From: an uncultured Planctomycetaceae bacterium
GTDB lineage: Bacteria > Planctomycetota > Phycisphaerae > Sedimentisphaerales > UBA12454
Assembly (NCBI GenBank): GCA_964619675.1
Contig: CAZUEO010000009.1
Span: forward strand, 139 to 64,138
DNA length: 64,000 nucleotides
Reading direction: 5' to 3'
Made by a program: the position numbers and the translations under genes. This document shows, piece after piece, positions 9,459 to 19,643 of the stretch. The number at the start of each line of letters is the position of its first letter. Position 1 is the first letter of the stretch. The notes below the pieces were generated by a model. The model had not been told where the DNA came from. It saw only the letters and a list, made by a program, of their open reading frames with translations, and did not search any database.

Positions 9459-10889
9459 ATGCCTCTTGAATTGTATAATACGCTGACTAAACGTAAAGAG
9501 CAGTTCAAGCCTATGCAGCCCGGCGAGGTGAAGATGTACAGCTGCGGGCCGACTGTATATTCACACCCGCATATAGGAAATTTCAGAAGCTTTCTTGTGG
9601 CTGATTTGTTGAAGCGGTTTCTCGAATTCAAAGGCTTTAAAGTTACTCATATTATGAACATAACAGATGTCGGACACCTTGTAGATGACGCCGATGAAGG
9701 AGCCGATAAGCTTGAGGAGACCGCAAGAAAGGAAAAAAAAGACCCTTTGGAAATCGCGAAAGTCTATACCGCCTCATTTATGGAGGCAAGCAGGCTTCTC
9801 AATATGAAACCTCCTGACAAATATCCCAAAGCAACGGAACATATCAAAGAAATGATTGATATGATTAAGATTCTTATAGATAAAGGTTATGCTTATGTTG
9901 TCGGGCATAATGTTTATTACGATATAACCAGGTTTCCTGATTACGGGCGGCTTTCCGGCAATACGCTGGAAGACTTAAATGCCGGTGCAAGAATTGAAGT
10001 CAATCCGGAAAAGAAAAATCCGCAGGACTTTGCTCTCTGGAAGCACGACCCCAAGCATCTTCAGCAGTGGGACAGCCCGTGGGGCAAAGGATTTCCAGGC
10101 TGGCATATAGAATGCTCGGTAATGAGCTCAAAATATCTGGGAGCAGAATTCGACATCCATACCGGCGGCGAAGACAATATATTCCCGCACCACGAATGCG
10201 AAATCGCACAGTCTGAAGCTGCAAGCGGGAGGAAATTCGTCCACTACTGGCTGCACACGCGATTTCTGGTATTCGACGGCGAAAAAATGTCCAAATCAAA
10301 GGGTAATCTGTACACAATCCAGGAGCTCATCGAGAAGGGTTTCAAGAAAAACGCTATACGATACGCACTTATTTCTTCTCATTACAGGCAAAACTATAAT
10401 TTTACCTTCGATGGCTTAAAAGCGGCAGAGCAGGCGATAGATAAAATACAACAATGCGTTCTTAGGCTGACAGATTTGTGCAAAAACAAAAAAGAAGGGA
10501 AAATCAGGGAGCAGTTACAAAATTTATCAACTGCTTGCCTATCTGAATTTGACAATGCTCTTTGTGATGATTTGAACATCTCAAAAGCTTTGGCTGTATG
10601 CTTTGATTTTATACGGGAAGTCAACAAGACGAATGATATGAATTCGACAGAAGCTTCTGCCCTGCTTGATACCATCAATAAAATCGATTCAGTACTCGGC
10701 GTTCTGGAAACCACAGACAAAGAAGTGCCGGACAAGATAAAAGAACTTGCTGAGAAAAGAAAAGAAGCCAAAATTGAGAAGAATTGGCAATTGGCTGATG
10801 CAACCCGATCTGAAATTTTTACTGAAGGCTGGAAAATTGTAGATACTCCCGGTGGAGGATACAGGATAGAACGCAGAGAGGGAACCTAA
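9459..10889 (+). CDS. cysS: cysteine--tRNA ligase
   Basis: HIGN signature ([10 protein letters not shown]), [15 protein letters not shown]. Confidence 0.95.
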   Translation: MPLELYNTLTKRKEQFKPMQPGEVKMYSCGPTVYSHPHIGNFRSFLVADLLKRFLEFKGFKVTHIMNITDVGHLVDDADEGADKLEETARKEKKDPLEIAKVYTASFMEASRLLNMKPPDKYPKATEHIKEMIDMIKILIDKGYAYVVGHNVYYDITRFPDYGRLSGNTLEDLNAGARIEVNPEKKNPQDFALWKHDPKHLQQWDSPWGKGFPGWHIECSVMSSKYLGAEFDIHTGGEDNIFPHHECEIAQSEAASGRKFVHYWLHTRFLVFDGEKMSKSKGNLYTIQELIEKGFKKNAIRYALISSHYRQNYNFTFDGLKAAEQAIDKIQQCVLRLTDLCKNKKEGKIREQLQNLSTACLSEFDNALCDDLNISKALAVCFDFIREVNKTNDMNSTEASALLDTINKIDSVLGVLETTDKEVPDKIKELAEKRKEAKIEKNWQLADATRSEIFTEGWKIVDTPGGGYRIERREGT

Positions 10890-11383
10890 TGAAAATTTTA
10901 GGCATTGACCCGGGACTGCAGATTTGCGGATATGCCGTGATAAACTCCAACGGCAGCGGTGAAAAACTTGTTGAGGCAGGAGTGTGCAGGACTTCCGCAA
11001 AGTTTGCTATGGAAAAAAGACTCGTGCAAATAGCAGAGGATATAAATTCGCTGCTAAAAAAACACCAGCCTGACTGCGTAGCGGTCGAAGATTTATACTC
11101 TCATTACGCACATCCGAAAACAGCGATATTGATGGGACACGCAAGAGGTGCTATACTTGCGCAGGTCTGTAAAAGCGGCATAAGAGTAAAGAGTTTTGCC
11201 GCAACAAAAATAAAAAAGTCGCTGACCGGCAACGGCAGAGCGTCAAAACAGCAGATTCAAAGGAGCATAAAAACTCTACTCGGGCTTGCGAAACTGCCTG
11301 AACCGCCGGACGTGGCAGACGCGATTGCAGTTGCGATGTGCTGCGCGAATGCAAAAAATGGATTCCCGCCTTCGCGGGAATGA
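10889..11383 (+). CDS. ruvC: crossover junction endodeoxyribonuclease RuvC
   Basis: [17 protein letters not shown]-terminus, AVEDLY, PPDVADAIAVA. 1-nt overlap with the cysS stop. The last 8 codons and the stop are supplied by a hairpin repeat. Confidence 0.9.
   Translation: MKILGIDPGLQICGYAVINSNGSGEKLVEAGVCRTSAKFAMEKRLVQIAEDINSLLKKHQPDCVAVEDLYSHYAHPKTAILMGHARGAILAQVCKSGIRVKSFAATKIKKSLTGNGRASKQQIQRSIKTLLGLAKLPEPPDVADAIAVAMCCANAKNGFPPSRE
11362..11381. repeat. GC-rich REP-like hairpin at the ruvC/ruvA junction
   Basis: ATTCCCGC-cttc-GCGGGAAT, an 8-bp stem with a tetraloop. Its last T is the first base of the ruvC TGA, and it lies 9 nt before the ruvA ATG. Analogous hairpins: CCCCTGC-gaaa-GCAGGGG (42452-42469) and TCCTCGC-gaag-GCGGGGA (about 44192-44210). 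Confidence 0.6.
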
Positions 11384-11390
11384 CAAGAAT

Positions 11391-12020
11391 ATGATTGCAC
11401 AGATTGAAGGAAAACTCGTTAGTCTTAACAGCGATACCGCTCTGGTGCAAATCGGACAGATTTGCTATGAGATACTTTTGCCCGGCTATCTTACAAATCT
11501 GCTATCCGGCAAAATCGGACAGGATATTACCCTCTGCACGATGGAATATTACGAGGGCAATATAGCAGGCGGCAATCTTGTGCCGCAAATGATTGGTTTT
11601 TTAACCGCCGGCGAGAAGGAATTTTTCAGACGGTACACATCCGTCAGCGGTATTGGCATCAAAAAAGCGCTAAAATCGCTCGCTATACCGATTGCAACGA
11701 TAGCTTCGGCTGTGGAAAGCGGCGATGAAAAAACGCTAACCGCCCTGCCGGGAATCGGCAAAAGACTTGCACAGCATATAATCGCAGAGCTTAAAGGTAA
11801 ACTAACCGACTTTGCTATCGGAGAACCGGCAAAAGGTACGCTAGAGCCGGTATTTGCAGGTTTCCAGATTGAGGCTCTTGAGATACTAATTGCGTGGGGT
11901 GAAAAACGAACAGAAGCAACGGAGCTTATCAATCTGGCATGTAGAAAATATCCGCAAATTAAGACTGCAGAAGAACTTGTGCCGCTGGTTTACAGAATGA
12001 AACAGGGAATTGAGGTCTAA
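11391..12020 (+). CDS. ruvA: Holliday junction DNA helicase RuvA
   Basis: MIAQIEGKL start is typical of RuvA. HhH motif LPGIGKRLAQHI. The longer 11286 ORF start overlaps ruvC and the hairpin. Confidence 0.88.
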   Translation: MIAQIEGKLVSLNSDTALVQIGQICYEILLPGYLTNLLSGKIGQDITLCTMEYYEGNIAGGNLVPQMIGFLTAGEKEFFRRYTSVSGIGIKKALKSLAIPIATIASAVESGDEKTLTALPGIGKRLAQHIIAELKGKLTDFAIGEPAKGTLEPVFAGFQIEALEILIAWGEKRTEATELINLACRKYPQIKTAEELVPLVYRMKQGIEV

Positions 12021-12023
12021 AAA

Positions 12024-13058
12024 ATGGCAATAGACAGGGTTTTAAACTCTGATTCGACAGGCGAGCAGGAGGAAAATTTCAATGCCTCACTGCGGCCGAC
12101 AAATCTCGCCGAATGCACAGGGCAGGAAAATGTAAAGGAAAAACTGGCTATCGCCATGGCCGCCGCAAAAAAACGAGGTGAACCGCTCGACCATATTCTC
12201 TTTTATGGCCCGCCAGGTCTGGGAAAGACAACTCTTGCTCACGTAATCGCCAACGAGATGGGTGCAAAGATAAAAACCACATCAGGCCCTGCACTTGTCA
12301 AACAGGGAGATGTAATGGGTCTTTTGAGCAATGTCAATACCGGCGATATACTTTTCATCGATGAAATACATCGCCTCAGCACTCCCGTCGAAGAGTTTAT
12401 TTATCCTGCAATGGAAGAATTCAGAGTTGATTTTACGGTTGACAGTGGTATGCACGCAAAGACGATAAACTTTCCATTGAAGCGATTTACACTTATCGGC
12501 GCGACAACACGGGCAGGCCTTTTAAGCGCACCCCTGAGGGGCAGATTCGGCATTCTTTATCATCTTAAATTTTACAGCAGCGAGGAGCTGGCGAGGATTC
12601 TGGCCCGCTCGGCAAGACTGCTTAACCTTTCCTGCCAGGACGGCACGCTCGAACTTATTGCCTCACGCAGCAGAGGCACACCAAGAATTGCAAACAGGCT
12701 CTTAAAAAGGGTACGCGATTACGCACAGGTCAAAGGAAAAGGTAAACTCACCGAAGATATTGTCGGCAGTGCCTTGCAGATGGAACAAATTGATCGGCTC
12801 GGCCTTGATGAGCTTGACAGGTTGTTTCTAAGGGCGATTGTAAACGTCTATAACGGCGGGCCGGCAGGTATCGAAGCACTTGCCGCTACGCTCGGTGAGG
12901 AAAAAGATACGCTGGAAGATGTTGTCGAGCCGTATTTACTGCAGATAGGATTTGTCCGCAGAACAAAAAGAGGCAGAGAAATAACCGATGAAGGCTGCAA
13001 ACACCTTAACATACAATTAAAAGAAAAAAAGCAACAGGATAATGCAGAACTCTTTTAG
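12024..13058 (+). CDS. ruvB: Holliday junction ATPase RuvB
   Basis: Walker A GPPGLGKTT, Walker B FIDEIHRL, GTPRIANRLL. Confidence 0.95.
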   Translation: MAIDRVLNSDSTGEQEENFNASLRPTNLAECTGQENVKEKLAIAMAAAKKRGEPLDHILFYGPPGLGKTTLAHVIANEMGAKIKTTSGPALVKQGDVMGLLSNVNTGDILFIDEIHRLSTPVEEFIYPAMEEFRVDFTVDSGMHAKTINFPLKRFTLIGATTRAGLLSAPLRGRFGILYHLKFYSSEELARILARSARLLNLSCQDGTLELIASRSRGTPRIANRLLKRVRDYAQVKGKGKLTEDIVGSALQMEQIDRLGLDELDRLFLRAIVNVYNGGPAGIEALAATLGEEKDTLEDVVEPYLLQIGFVRRTKRGREITDEGCKHLNIQLKEKKQQDNAELF

Positions 13059-13092
13059 AAACAAAAATGACAACAGGTAAAAGGGATTAACA

Positions 13093-14046
13093 ATGAGAAG
13101 AAATGCTTTGCCGATTTTGTTATTTGTCTTCACAATATTTGCAATAGCAGGCTGTCAGCAGCCTGCTAAGCGAGCCGCCGGAGGTTTACTGGCGGCAAAT
13201 GAACAGCCGGTGAATATATATTATCTTGCCGGCAAACTTGGTATGACGGTGTCGCAGGCTAATGATAACAAAATTATCTTCAGCAATACAAGCAATACCG
13301 TGACAATTTATCCGAAAAACGACCAGGTTTATGTCAACAACAATTATCTTACGCTTTTGGGCAGGACAAAAAAAATAAATGACATGCTGCACGTCCGGTC
13401 GAGCCTTCAGCAGCAGATTCAAAGCGAGCTTATAAAAACCGAGATAAAACAAGTTGCGCCGCCACCGGCAAAACCTGCTGAGAGAACGCCTGTCCGCCCA
13501 GCCGTTTCCGGCAGGACCGTCGTAATTGACCCAGGCCATGGCGGAAAAGACCCCGGCGCAATAAGCACCTACGGTTATAATGAAAAAACCGTCAATCTTG
13601 ACGTCGCCCTGCAAATCACACAACTATTACGTGATAAAGGACTTAGAGTTATAATGACCCGCGACAGCGACAGGTTTATCGAACTTGAACAGCGCGCCGA
13701 CATTGCAAACCGCAATCGAGCCGATATTTTTATAAGTATTCATGCAGATTCCTGCGCAAAGAGCAGTAAAAACGGCTTTACACTTTATGTTGAGCGGAAC
13801 AGTCAATGGGCCTCGACAAAACTTGCCAATTCGATTGACAACCGCATGGCTCAAACAGGCATAAGCAGCAACGGTGTCAGAAAAGCAGACTATAGAGTGC
13901 TTACGCATACCGGCTGCCCTGCCGTTCTGATTGAACTTGGGTATCTGTCAAACTACTGGGAGGCAAAACAGCTCAAAAACAAAGATATGCAAAGGAAACT
14001 TGCGATGGCGATTACGAATGGTATAACCGATTATATAGAACGATAA
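13093..14046 (+). CDS. N-acetylmuramoyl-L-alanine amidase (lipoprotein)
   Basis: Lipobox FAIAGC. Amidase_3 motifs [30 protein letters not shown]. Confidence 0.85.
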   Translation: MRRNALPILLFVFTIFAIAGCQQPAKRAAGGLLAANEQPVNIYYLAGKLGMTVSQANDNKIIFSNTSNTVTIYPKNDQVYVNNNYLTLLGRTKKINDMLHVRSSLQQQIQSELIKTEIKQVAPPPAKPAERTPVRPAVSGRTVVIDPGHGGKDPGAISTYGYNEKTVNLDVALQITQLLRDKGLRVIMTRDSDRFIELEQRADIANRNRADIFISIHADSCAKSSKNGFTLYVERNSQWASTKLANSIDNRMAQTGISSNGVRKADYRVLTHTGCPAVLIELGYLSNYWEAKQLKNKDMQRKLAMAITNGITDYIER

Positions 14047-14053
14047 TGATAAG

Positions 14054-14872
14054 ATGACTACGACATTCCAAAATGTCTTAGTAGCATTTGGTCTGACACT
14101 TTTTGCTGGACTTTCAACCGGCATTGGAAGTGCAATGGCCTTTTTTGCCAGAAGGACCAGTACCCGATTCCTCTCAACGTCACTGGGCTTCTCGGCAGGG
14201 GTTATGATTTATGTTTCCCTGATTGAAATATTTGCCAAGGCGAAAGCCGGCCTGGTTGCCGAACTGGGTCCTGTAAAAGGCTACTGGCTGACAGTCGCTT
14301 CGTTTTTTGCCGGTATTTTTGTGATAGCAGTTATTGACAAACTTATACCTGCTATCGACAATCCTCATGAATTTCGAGATGTTGAAAAACTTGACGATAC
14401 TGCCGCTGCAGATGAATATCGCAGTCTATACAGAATGGGATTGTTCACTGCACTTGCAATCGCAATACATAACTTTCCCGAAGGTCTTGCGACATTCACC
14501 GCTGCACTAAAAGATATCCGAATCGGGATACCAATAGCCATTGCCATTGCTATTCACAATATACCAGAAGGTATTGCGGTATCCGTACCGATATATTATG
14601 CGACCGGCAGCAGAAAAAAAGCATTCTGGCTTTCGTTTCTTTCGGGCCTTGCCGAACCTGCAGGCGCCTTGCTGGGCTATATAATTCTTATACGTATTCT
14701 GAATGAAATAGTATGCAGCGCGTTATTTGCAGCGGTCGGCGGAATAATGGTATTTATCTCCATTGATGAGCTTCTGCCGGCAGCGGAAAAATATGGTAAG
14801 CATCACTACGCCGCTTACGGTTTTATCGCGGGTATGATTGTAATGGCGCTAAGTTTATTAATGTTTATTTAG
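14054..14872 (+). CDS. zupT: ZIP-family zinc transporter ZupT
   Basis: HNFPEGLA and HNIPEGIAV metal-binding motifs, with multiple hydrophobic helices. Confidence 0.85.
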   Translation: MTTTFQNVLVAFGLTLFAGLSTGIGSAMAFFARRTSTRFLSTSLGFSAGVMIYVSLIEIFAKAKAGLVAELGPVKGYWLTVASFFAGIFVIAVIDKLIPAIDNPHEFRDVEKLDDTAAADEYRSLYRMGLFTALAIAIHNFPEGLATFTAALKDIRIGIPIAIAIAIHNIPEGIAVSVPIYYATGSRKKAFWLSFLSGLAEPAGALLGYIILIRILNEIVCSALFAAVGGIMVFISIDELLPAAEKYGKHHYAAYGFIAGMIVMALSLLMFI

Positions 14873-14878
14873 ATAAAA

Positions 14879-15823
14879 ATGAAATTTTATCCTCTGAAAT
14901 TCAAGCCGATTTACAAGGAGCTTATATGGGGAGGTGATAAGCTGTATAAATCTTTCGGCAAAGATATTCCTGCGGGCAAAAAAATCGGTGAAAGCTGGGA
15001 GCTTGCCGATTTGCCGAATGACAAATCCGTTATTACAAACGGAGAATTTGACGGCAAAACAATTACGGAAATTTTACAAAAGTTTCCAGAGCAAATTGCA
15101 GGAAAAAAAGATTATAAGCCCCCTTTCGGACTTCTTATAAAATTTATTGATGCTGCCGATGTCTTGAGTGTTCAGGTTCATCCCGATTCACAGGCGGTAA
15201 AAAGACTCAAAACAGGAACGCCTAAAACCGAGTGCTGGTATATCATAGACGCTGAAGCTAACACTTGTATTTACAAAGGGTTAAAGGCCGGAACAACAAA
15301 AGAGCAATTTGCAGCAGCGATAAAGAACGGCAGTTGTACAGAGTTTCTTAATAAAGTGCCGGTGAAGCCCGGCCAGTGCCATTTTCTGCCTGCCGGCACT
15401 GTTCATGCTATAGGCGCGGGAATTTTAATAGCCGAGATTCAGACGCCTTCAGATACAACGTTCAGAGTTTTTGACTGGAACAGACTCCCAAATGGCAAAC
15501 CTCGCCGGCTTCATATTGAGCAGGCTCTTGAAAGTATTAACTTCAACCAAAAAGCAGAAGACCTGCCGGTAAGCACCAACGGCAGACTTGTCGATACCGG
15601 ACTTTTCAAGGTTGATAAAATCACTGCACAAGCCGGCACACCAATCCCGATTTCTGAAGGGATAATGAAAGTAATTATATTTATCAAAGGCGATGGACAG
15701 ATAAAATCAGGTAATTTGCAGATGGTTGATTTTTCAAAGGGACAGACAATCCTGCTGCCGGCAGCATTTGAGGGTCAAATGCTTTTTGACGATTACACCG
15801 AATGCCTGCAGGTTACCCTTTAA
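14879..15823 (+). CDS. manA: class I mannose-6-phosphate isomerase
   Basis: GESWELADL, SVQVHPD, PAGTVHAIG cupin motifs. Confidence 0.8.
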   Translation: MKFYPLKFKPIYKELIWGGDKLYKSFGKDIPAGKKIGESWELADLPNDKSVITNGEFDGKTITEILQKFPEQIAGKKDYKPPFGLLIKFIDAADVLSVQVHPDSQAVKRLKTGTPKTECWYIIDAEANTCIYKGLKAGTTKEQFAAAIKNGSCTEFLNKVPVKPGQCHFLPAGTVHAIGAGILIAEIQTPSDTTFRVFDWNRLPNGKPRRLHIEQALESINFNQKAEDLPVSTNGRLVDTGLFKVDKITAQAGTPIPISEGIMKVIIFIKGDGQIKSGNLQMVDFSKGQTILLPAAFEGQMLFDDYTECLQVTL

Positions 15824-15859
15824 ATTGACAGTAGTATTAATCCCTGGTACAATATACGT

Positions 15860-16414
15860 ATGCTGAAACCGGAAGAAAATCCGCCGATGGTATGGCCTGC
15901 TGATTCGAGTGTAAAAGACTTCCAGGGCATCTGGTGGGTCGCGCATACCAAAAGCAGAAATGAAAAGGCTCTTGCGTGGCAGATGCAGAAAAAAAATATC
16001 AGCTATTTTCTGCCGCTGACAGAGAAAGTGTACAGGAAAAGTCGAAGGGTATTTCGCTCAATGCTGCCGCTGTTTGGCGGATATGTTTTTTTCTGCGGCG
16101 ATGAGTCCGACAGACTGGAAGTGCTCAAAACAAACCGCGTTGCGGGCCTTCTGGAAGTAAAAGACCAGCAGCATCTGGCAGCGGAGCTTTTGCCGATTGA
16201 AAAGGTTCTTACAAGCGGAATAAATCTTGCACCGTATACCTACATCAAAGCAGGTCAGCAATGCAAGGTCATAGCAGGGCCTCTTATGGGAACGGAAGGA
16301 TTGGTTGTCAGCGACCGGAATAAAACAAGACTCATTCTTCAGGTAGATATACTCGGCAAAGCTACCTGTCTTGAAATAGATTCCACATTGCTTGAGGTCA
16401 TTGGCGGAGATTGA
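15860..16414 (+). CDS. NusG-paralog transcription antiterminator (RfaH/UpxY/LoaP-like)
   Basis: NGN-like WWVAHTKSRNEKALAWQM...FLPL...LPLFGGYVFF, and a KOW-like GQQCKVIAGPLMGTEGLVV. Confidence 0.7.
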   Translation: MLKPEENPPMVWPADSSVKDFQGIWWVAHTKSRNEKALAWQMQKKNISYFLPLTEKVYRKSRRVFRSMLPLFGGYVFFCGDESDRLEVLKTNRVAGLLEVKDQQHLAAELLPIEKVLTSGINLAPYTYIKAGQQCKVIAGPLMGTEGLVVSDRNKTRLILQVDILGKATCLEIDSTLLEVIGGD

Positions 16415-16443
16415 TTTTAAAGGATTTTTACACGGAGGTGATT

Positions 16444-16809
16444 ATGAACTGGCTGCCCAAAATCGTCGCGGTTTTAATTGTAATTGATGCGATTATAATA
16501 CTGCTGCGTCCTTATTTTTTGAAAAAATATTTTCAGCTCCTCTGCCAGGGTTTGGCGATTTACCTTGACGCTGCTATCAAGGCATTGGTAGGGATTGCTT
16601 TTCTGTTTGGCCTTTCAGACAAATGCAATGTTCCGGCTGTTATCATAGCTTTCGGCATTCTGGCACTGGCAGGAGCGGTTTTCATCGTCATTGTGCCGCA
16701 AAAAGCCAGAGCTGTGGCGGGCTGGTTTGCAGCTAAAAGCAATACGACTCTGCGGTTTTTCGCATTGATTTATCTGCTCATCGGTGCTCTTCTGGTATAT
16801 TCAGCCTAA
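16444..16809 (+). CDS. small integral membrane protein, unknown function
   Basis: GGAGGTG SD before ATG 16444. About four hydrophobic helices. 9-nt convergent overlap with the feoB 3' end. Confidence 0.5.
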   Translation: MNWLPKIVAVLIVIDAIIILLRPYFLKKYFQLLCQGLAIYLDAAIKALVGIAFLFGLSDKCNVPAVIIAFGILALAGAVFIVIVPQKARAVAGWFAAKSNTTLRFFALIYLLIGALLVYSA

Positions 16810-18855
16810 TAAGAAACTTCCAACCTGATATACGATAAGGGTAACAATGTAAGCTAATGCAGTAAGGCCTGCCCATTGGAACAGCGCCCAGCCCCATCTG
16901 CCTGTTTCCGCCCGCGTAATTGCCAGAGTTGCGACACAGGGCGCGCTTATCAGGCAAAACAACATAATACAAAATGCCTGCAATGGTGTGTAATCTTCCC
17001 TTAATTTCGCGCGAAGAACTGAAACGTCCTCATGCTCACTTATCGCATAGGTAATGCTCATCTGGGCAACAAATACTTCCTTGGCTGCAACAGCACCAAT
17101 AAGGGCAGTTACCACTTTTCGGTCAAAACCGAGCGGTTTAAAAACCGGCCCAAGAACAGTTGCCACTCTTCCAATTATTGAATACTCAAGTCTTTTCTGC
17201 CCGGCAATTTGAGATTTTATTTCCTTACCCGGCTTGGGAAAATTACCAGCAAACCATAAAATAATTGATATAACCAGAATAATTGTGCCGGCCTTTTTCA
17301 GATACAGCCAGCCTCTTTCCCACATATGAATCAGGACCGCCCGCAATGTCGGCATTCTGTATGGCGGCAGCTCCATCACAAACGGTACTGTTTCACCCTT
17401 AAGCAGCGTGCTTCTTAAAATTTTTGCCGATATAACGGCAAGGGCAATGCCAATAAAATAAATCAGCAGCATTACCGCACCCCGCCACTTTAGAGCAAAA
17501 AATGCAGGTATAAAAAGTGCATAAATGGTTATTCTTGCTCCGCAACTGAACAGAGGTAATACCAATATCGTCGTGATTTTGTTCCTGCGGTTTTCAAGTA
17601 TTCTGCAGGCCATAATGGCAGGTACAGTGCAACCGAAACCGATGAGCATCGGGATAAAGCTTTTCCCGTGCAACCCGATTTTGTGCATTATCCTGTCGGT
17701 AACAAATGCCGCCCTTGCCATATATCCGGTTCCTTCAAGAATTGCAATTGCCATAAAGAGCAAAAGAATATTAGGCAAAAAAATGACTATACTCCCCACG
17801 CCGTCTATAATACCATCGGTAAGCAGCGACCTGACAAGACTTTCCTGGCCGGCAGGCCACAGGCCGGCGACAAATCTCGAAAGCAGGCCGAAAAGATATT
17901 CAAGAGCAGCCATCGGGTATTTGCCGATTCTGAAAGTAAGGTCAAAAACTATATACATCAGAATAATAAAAATCGGCAATCCAAAGATTCTGTGCGTAAT
18001 TACCACATCAATCATATCGCTTCGGCTGTGTCTGATTTCAATGGTGTTTTTTACCGCTTCCTGACAGGCACCGGAAATAAAGCCATACCTTCTGTCGGCA
18101 ATTATAATTTCCGGTTCTTCGCCAAAAATGGTCCGGAGGTGTTTAATGCTGTCCTGGACGGTACCAGGAATTTCAGAATCCTGAATTTCTTTTATGATTT
18201 CTTCATCCTGTTCAAGAAGTTTTATAGCGACCCATCTGCCGTTATATCTTTCCAGAAGTTTTTTTTCTGCCTGCAGCTTTTGCACTAATTTTTCAAGTTC
18301 ATCTTCAATTTCTTTGCCGTATTTAATCCTGACAGCGAAATTATTTTGCTGTTGCGATGTCTCGACTACCGCTTTAAGCAATTCATCTATACCTTGCTGT
18401 TTATTTCCTACGGTTTGGACGATTCTTGTGCCAAGCAGAATTGAAAGTTTCCCGATATCAAAAACAAGCCCCCTGCGATTGGCGATATCGCTCATATTAA
18501 AGGCAAGAACCAGCGGCACATTAAGCTCCAGAAGCTGGACGGCAAGATAGAGACTTCTTTCGACATTCGAGGCATCGATAACATCGACCACAACATCAGG
18601 CTTTTGTTCAACAATAAAATTTCTTGCCACAAGCTCTTCATCTGAGTACGCGGTAAGGCTGTAGGTTCCCGGCAGGTCAATAACCTCCAGTTCGCAGCCT
18701 TGATAAAAGCACTTGCCCTGTTTTTTTTCAACGGTAACGCCGGGCCAGTTGCCGACATGCTGGCGCATACCGGTAAGCGAATTGAAAATAGTCGTTTTCC
18801 CGCTGTTTGGATTGCCGGCAAGTGCAACGGTAATTTTTTTCGCCGCTTCAGTCAA
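16801..18855 (-). CDS. feoB: ferrous iron transporter FeoB
   Basis: N-terminal G-domain GNPNSGKTTIFN, DLPGTYSL, and a large polytopic C-terminal domain. Confidence 0.95.
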   Translation of the reverse strand: MTEAAKKITVALAGNPNSGKTTIFNSLTGMRQHVGNWPGVTVEKKQGKCFYQGCELEVIDLPGTYSLTAYSDEELVARNFIVEQKPDVVVDVIDASNVERSLYLAVQLLELNVPLVLAFNMSDIANRRGLVFDIGKLSILLGTRIVQTVGNKQQGIDELLKAVVETSQQQNNFAVRIKYGKEIEDELEKLVQKLQAEKKLLERYNGRWVAIKLLEQDEEIIKEIQDSEIPGTVQDSIKHLRTIFGEEPEIIIADRRYGFISGACQEAVKNTIEIRHSRSDMIDVVITHRIFGLPIFIILMYIVFDLTFRIGKYPMAALEYLFGLLSRFVAGLWPAGQESLVRSLLTDGIIDGVGSIVIFLPNILLLFMAIAILEGTGYMARAAFVTDRIMHKIGLHGKSFIPMLIGFGCTVPAIMACRILENRRNKITTILVLPLFSCGARITIYALFIPAFFALKWRGAVMLLIYFIGIALAVISAKILRSTLLKGETVPFVMELPPYRMPTLRAVLIHMWERGWLYLKKAGTIILVISIILWFAGNFPKPGKEIKSQIAGQKRLEYSIIGRVATVLGPVFKPLGFDRKVVTALIGAVAAKEVFVAQMSITYAISEHEDVSVLRAKLREDYTPLQAFCIMLFCLISAPCVATLAITRAETGRWGWALFQWAGLTALAYIVTLIVYQVGSFLLG

Positions 18856-18863
18856 AGGTGCTG

Positions 18864-19115
18864 CTAACCCCCTGTCGGTTTCACAAAAATCTTGGCTGCC
18901 ATACCCTTGCCGAGAATTATTCGAGCGCCTTTTAAATCAATCACGAAAGGCCCGGGGTGACCGTTATTAACTATTCTAAACTGGACACCGGGCAAAAGCC
19001 CCATTGCGGCAAGTCTTGCCTTCAACCCCCTGCCGGCTTCGATTCTTAATAATCGAACTTGTGTGCCGCTGGCTGCCTTTCTCAATGAAATCTGTGCTTG
19101 AACAACCATAGTCAA
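18864..19115 (-). CDS. feoA: FeoA family iron transport protein
   Basis: 83-aa SH3-like FeoA (RLAAMGLLPGVQFRIV) directly upstream of feoB. Confidence 0.85.
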   Translation of the reverse strand: MTMVVQAQISLRKAASGTQVRLLRIEAGRGLKARLAAMGLLPGVQFRIVNNGHPGPFVIDLKGARIILGKGMAAKIFVKPTGG

Positions 19116-19564
19116 ACGCCTTTTGCCCTGCAGAACTTCTGAAACTCGGCTGCTATATCGGCGCCTTTTTTGCTGTATTTTTCAGAAAATTCCGTGAAAT
19201 TTAATAGTTTTGAAATAACAACAGGCCCTAAAGCGTGTTCAGCTCGACAGGCAGCCTGTTCTGCGGCCTGCTGCTGGACACCGAGAACATTCACAAAAAA
19301 AGATTCGATAATAGTATGCCTGCCGGCAACTGCCTTGGCCTCTTTTCCGCCTTGTTCTGTCAAAGTAACAAAACCATAAGGCTTGTAATTTACTAACCCC
19401 TTGCTGTACAAAAGCTTAAGCGCACCGGTAACCGAAGCTCTCGATACCTGCAAACTGCGGGCAATATCTCTGCTTCTGGCTACTTTAAAATCCCTGGTTA
19501 GATTGTATATAGCCTCAAGATAATCTTCCAGCGATGCACTTAATTTCTTCTTAATGGATGTCAT
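19112..19564 (-). CDS. DtxR/MntR-family metal-dependent transcriptional regulator
   Basis: LEDYLEAIYNL, ARSRDIARSLQVSRASVTGALKLL (wHTH), HTIIESFF. I chose the start at ATG 19564 (MTSIKKK). 4-nt overlap with feoA. Confidence 0.85.
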   Translation of the reverse strand: MTSIKKKLSASLEDYLEAIYNLTRDFKVARSRDIARSLQVSRASVTGALKLLYSKGLVNYKPYGFVTLTEQGGKEAKAVAGRHTIIESFFVNVLGVQQQAAEQAACRAEHALGPVVISKLLNFTEFSEKYSKKGADIAAEFQKFCRAKGV

Positions 19565-19586
19565 AATCGACCTTTTAACTGTTACT

Positions 19587-19615
19587 AATATAGTTAGTTG
19601 CACCTAACTTGTCAA
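19587..19615 (-). promoter_or_regulatory. promoter of the dtxR-feoA-feoB operon with an embedded palindromic operator
   Basis: On the minus strand: TTGACA (19615-19610), 17-nt spacer, TATATT (19592-19587). The spacer is occupied by the inverted repeat AGTTAG-N6-CTAACT (19592-19609). Confidence 0.5.
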
Positions 19616-19643
19616 ATGCTTTTTATTTTATTAAGCCCTTTAC

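Noticed and set aside
11286-11390. N-terminal extension of ruvA
   Set aside because: The extension overlaps the ruvC 3' end and translates the REP hairpin (DSRLRGNDK). The canonical RuvA N-terminus MIAQIEGKL starts at 11391.
17525-18550. Three plus-strand ORFs (179, 206 and 118 aa) opposite feoB
   Set aside because: They overlap the full-length FeoB gene, have no motifs, and their composition mirrors the antisense strand of a membrane-protein gene.
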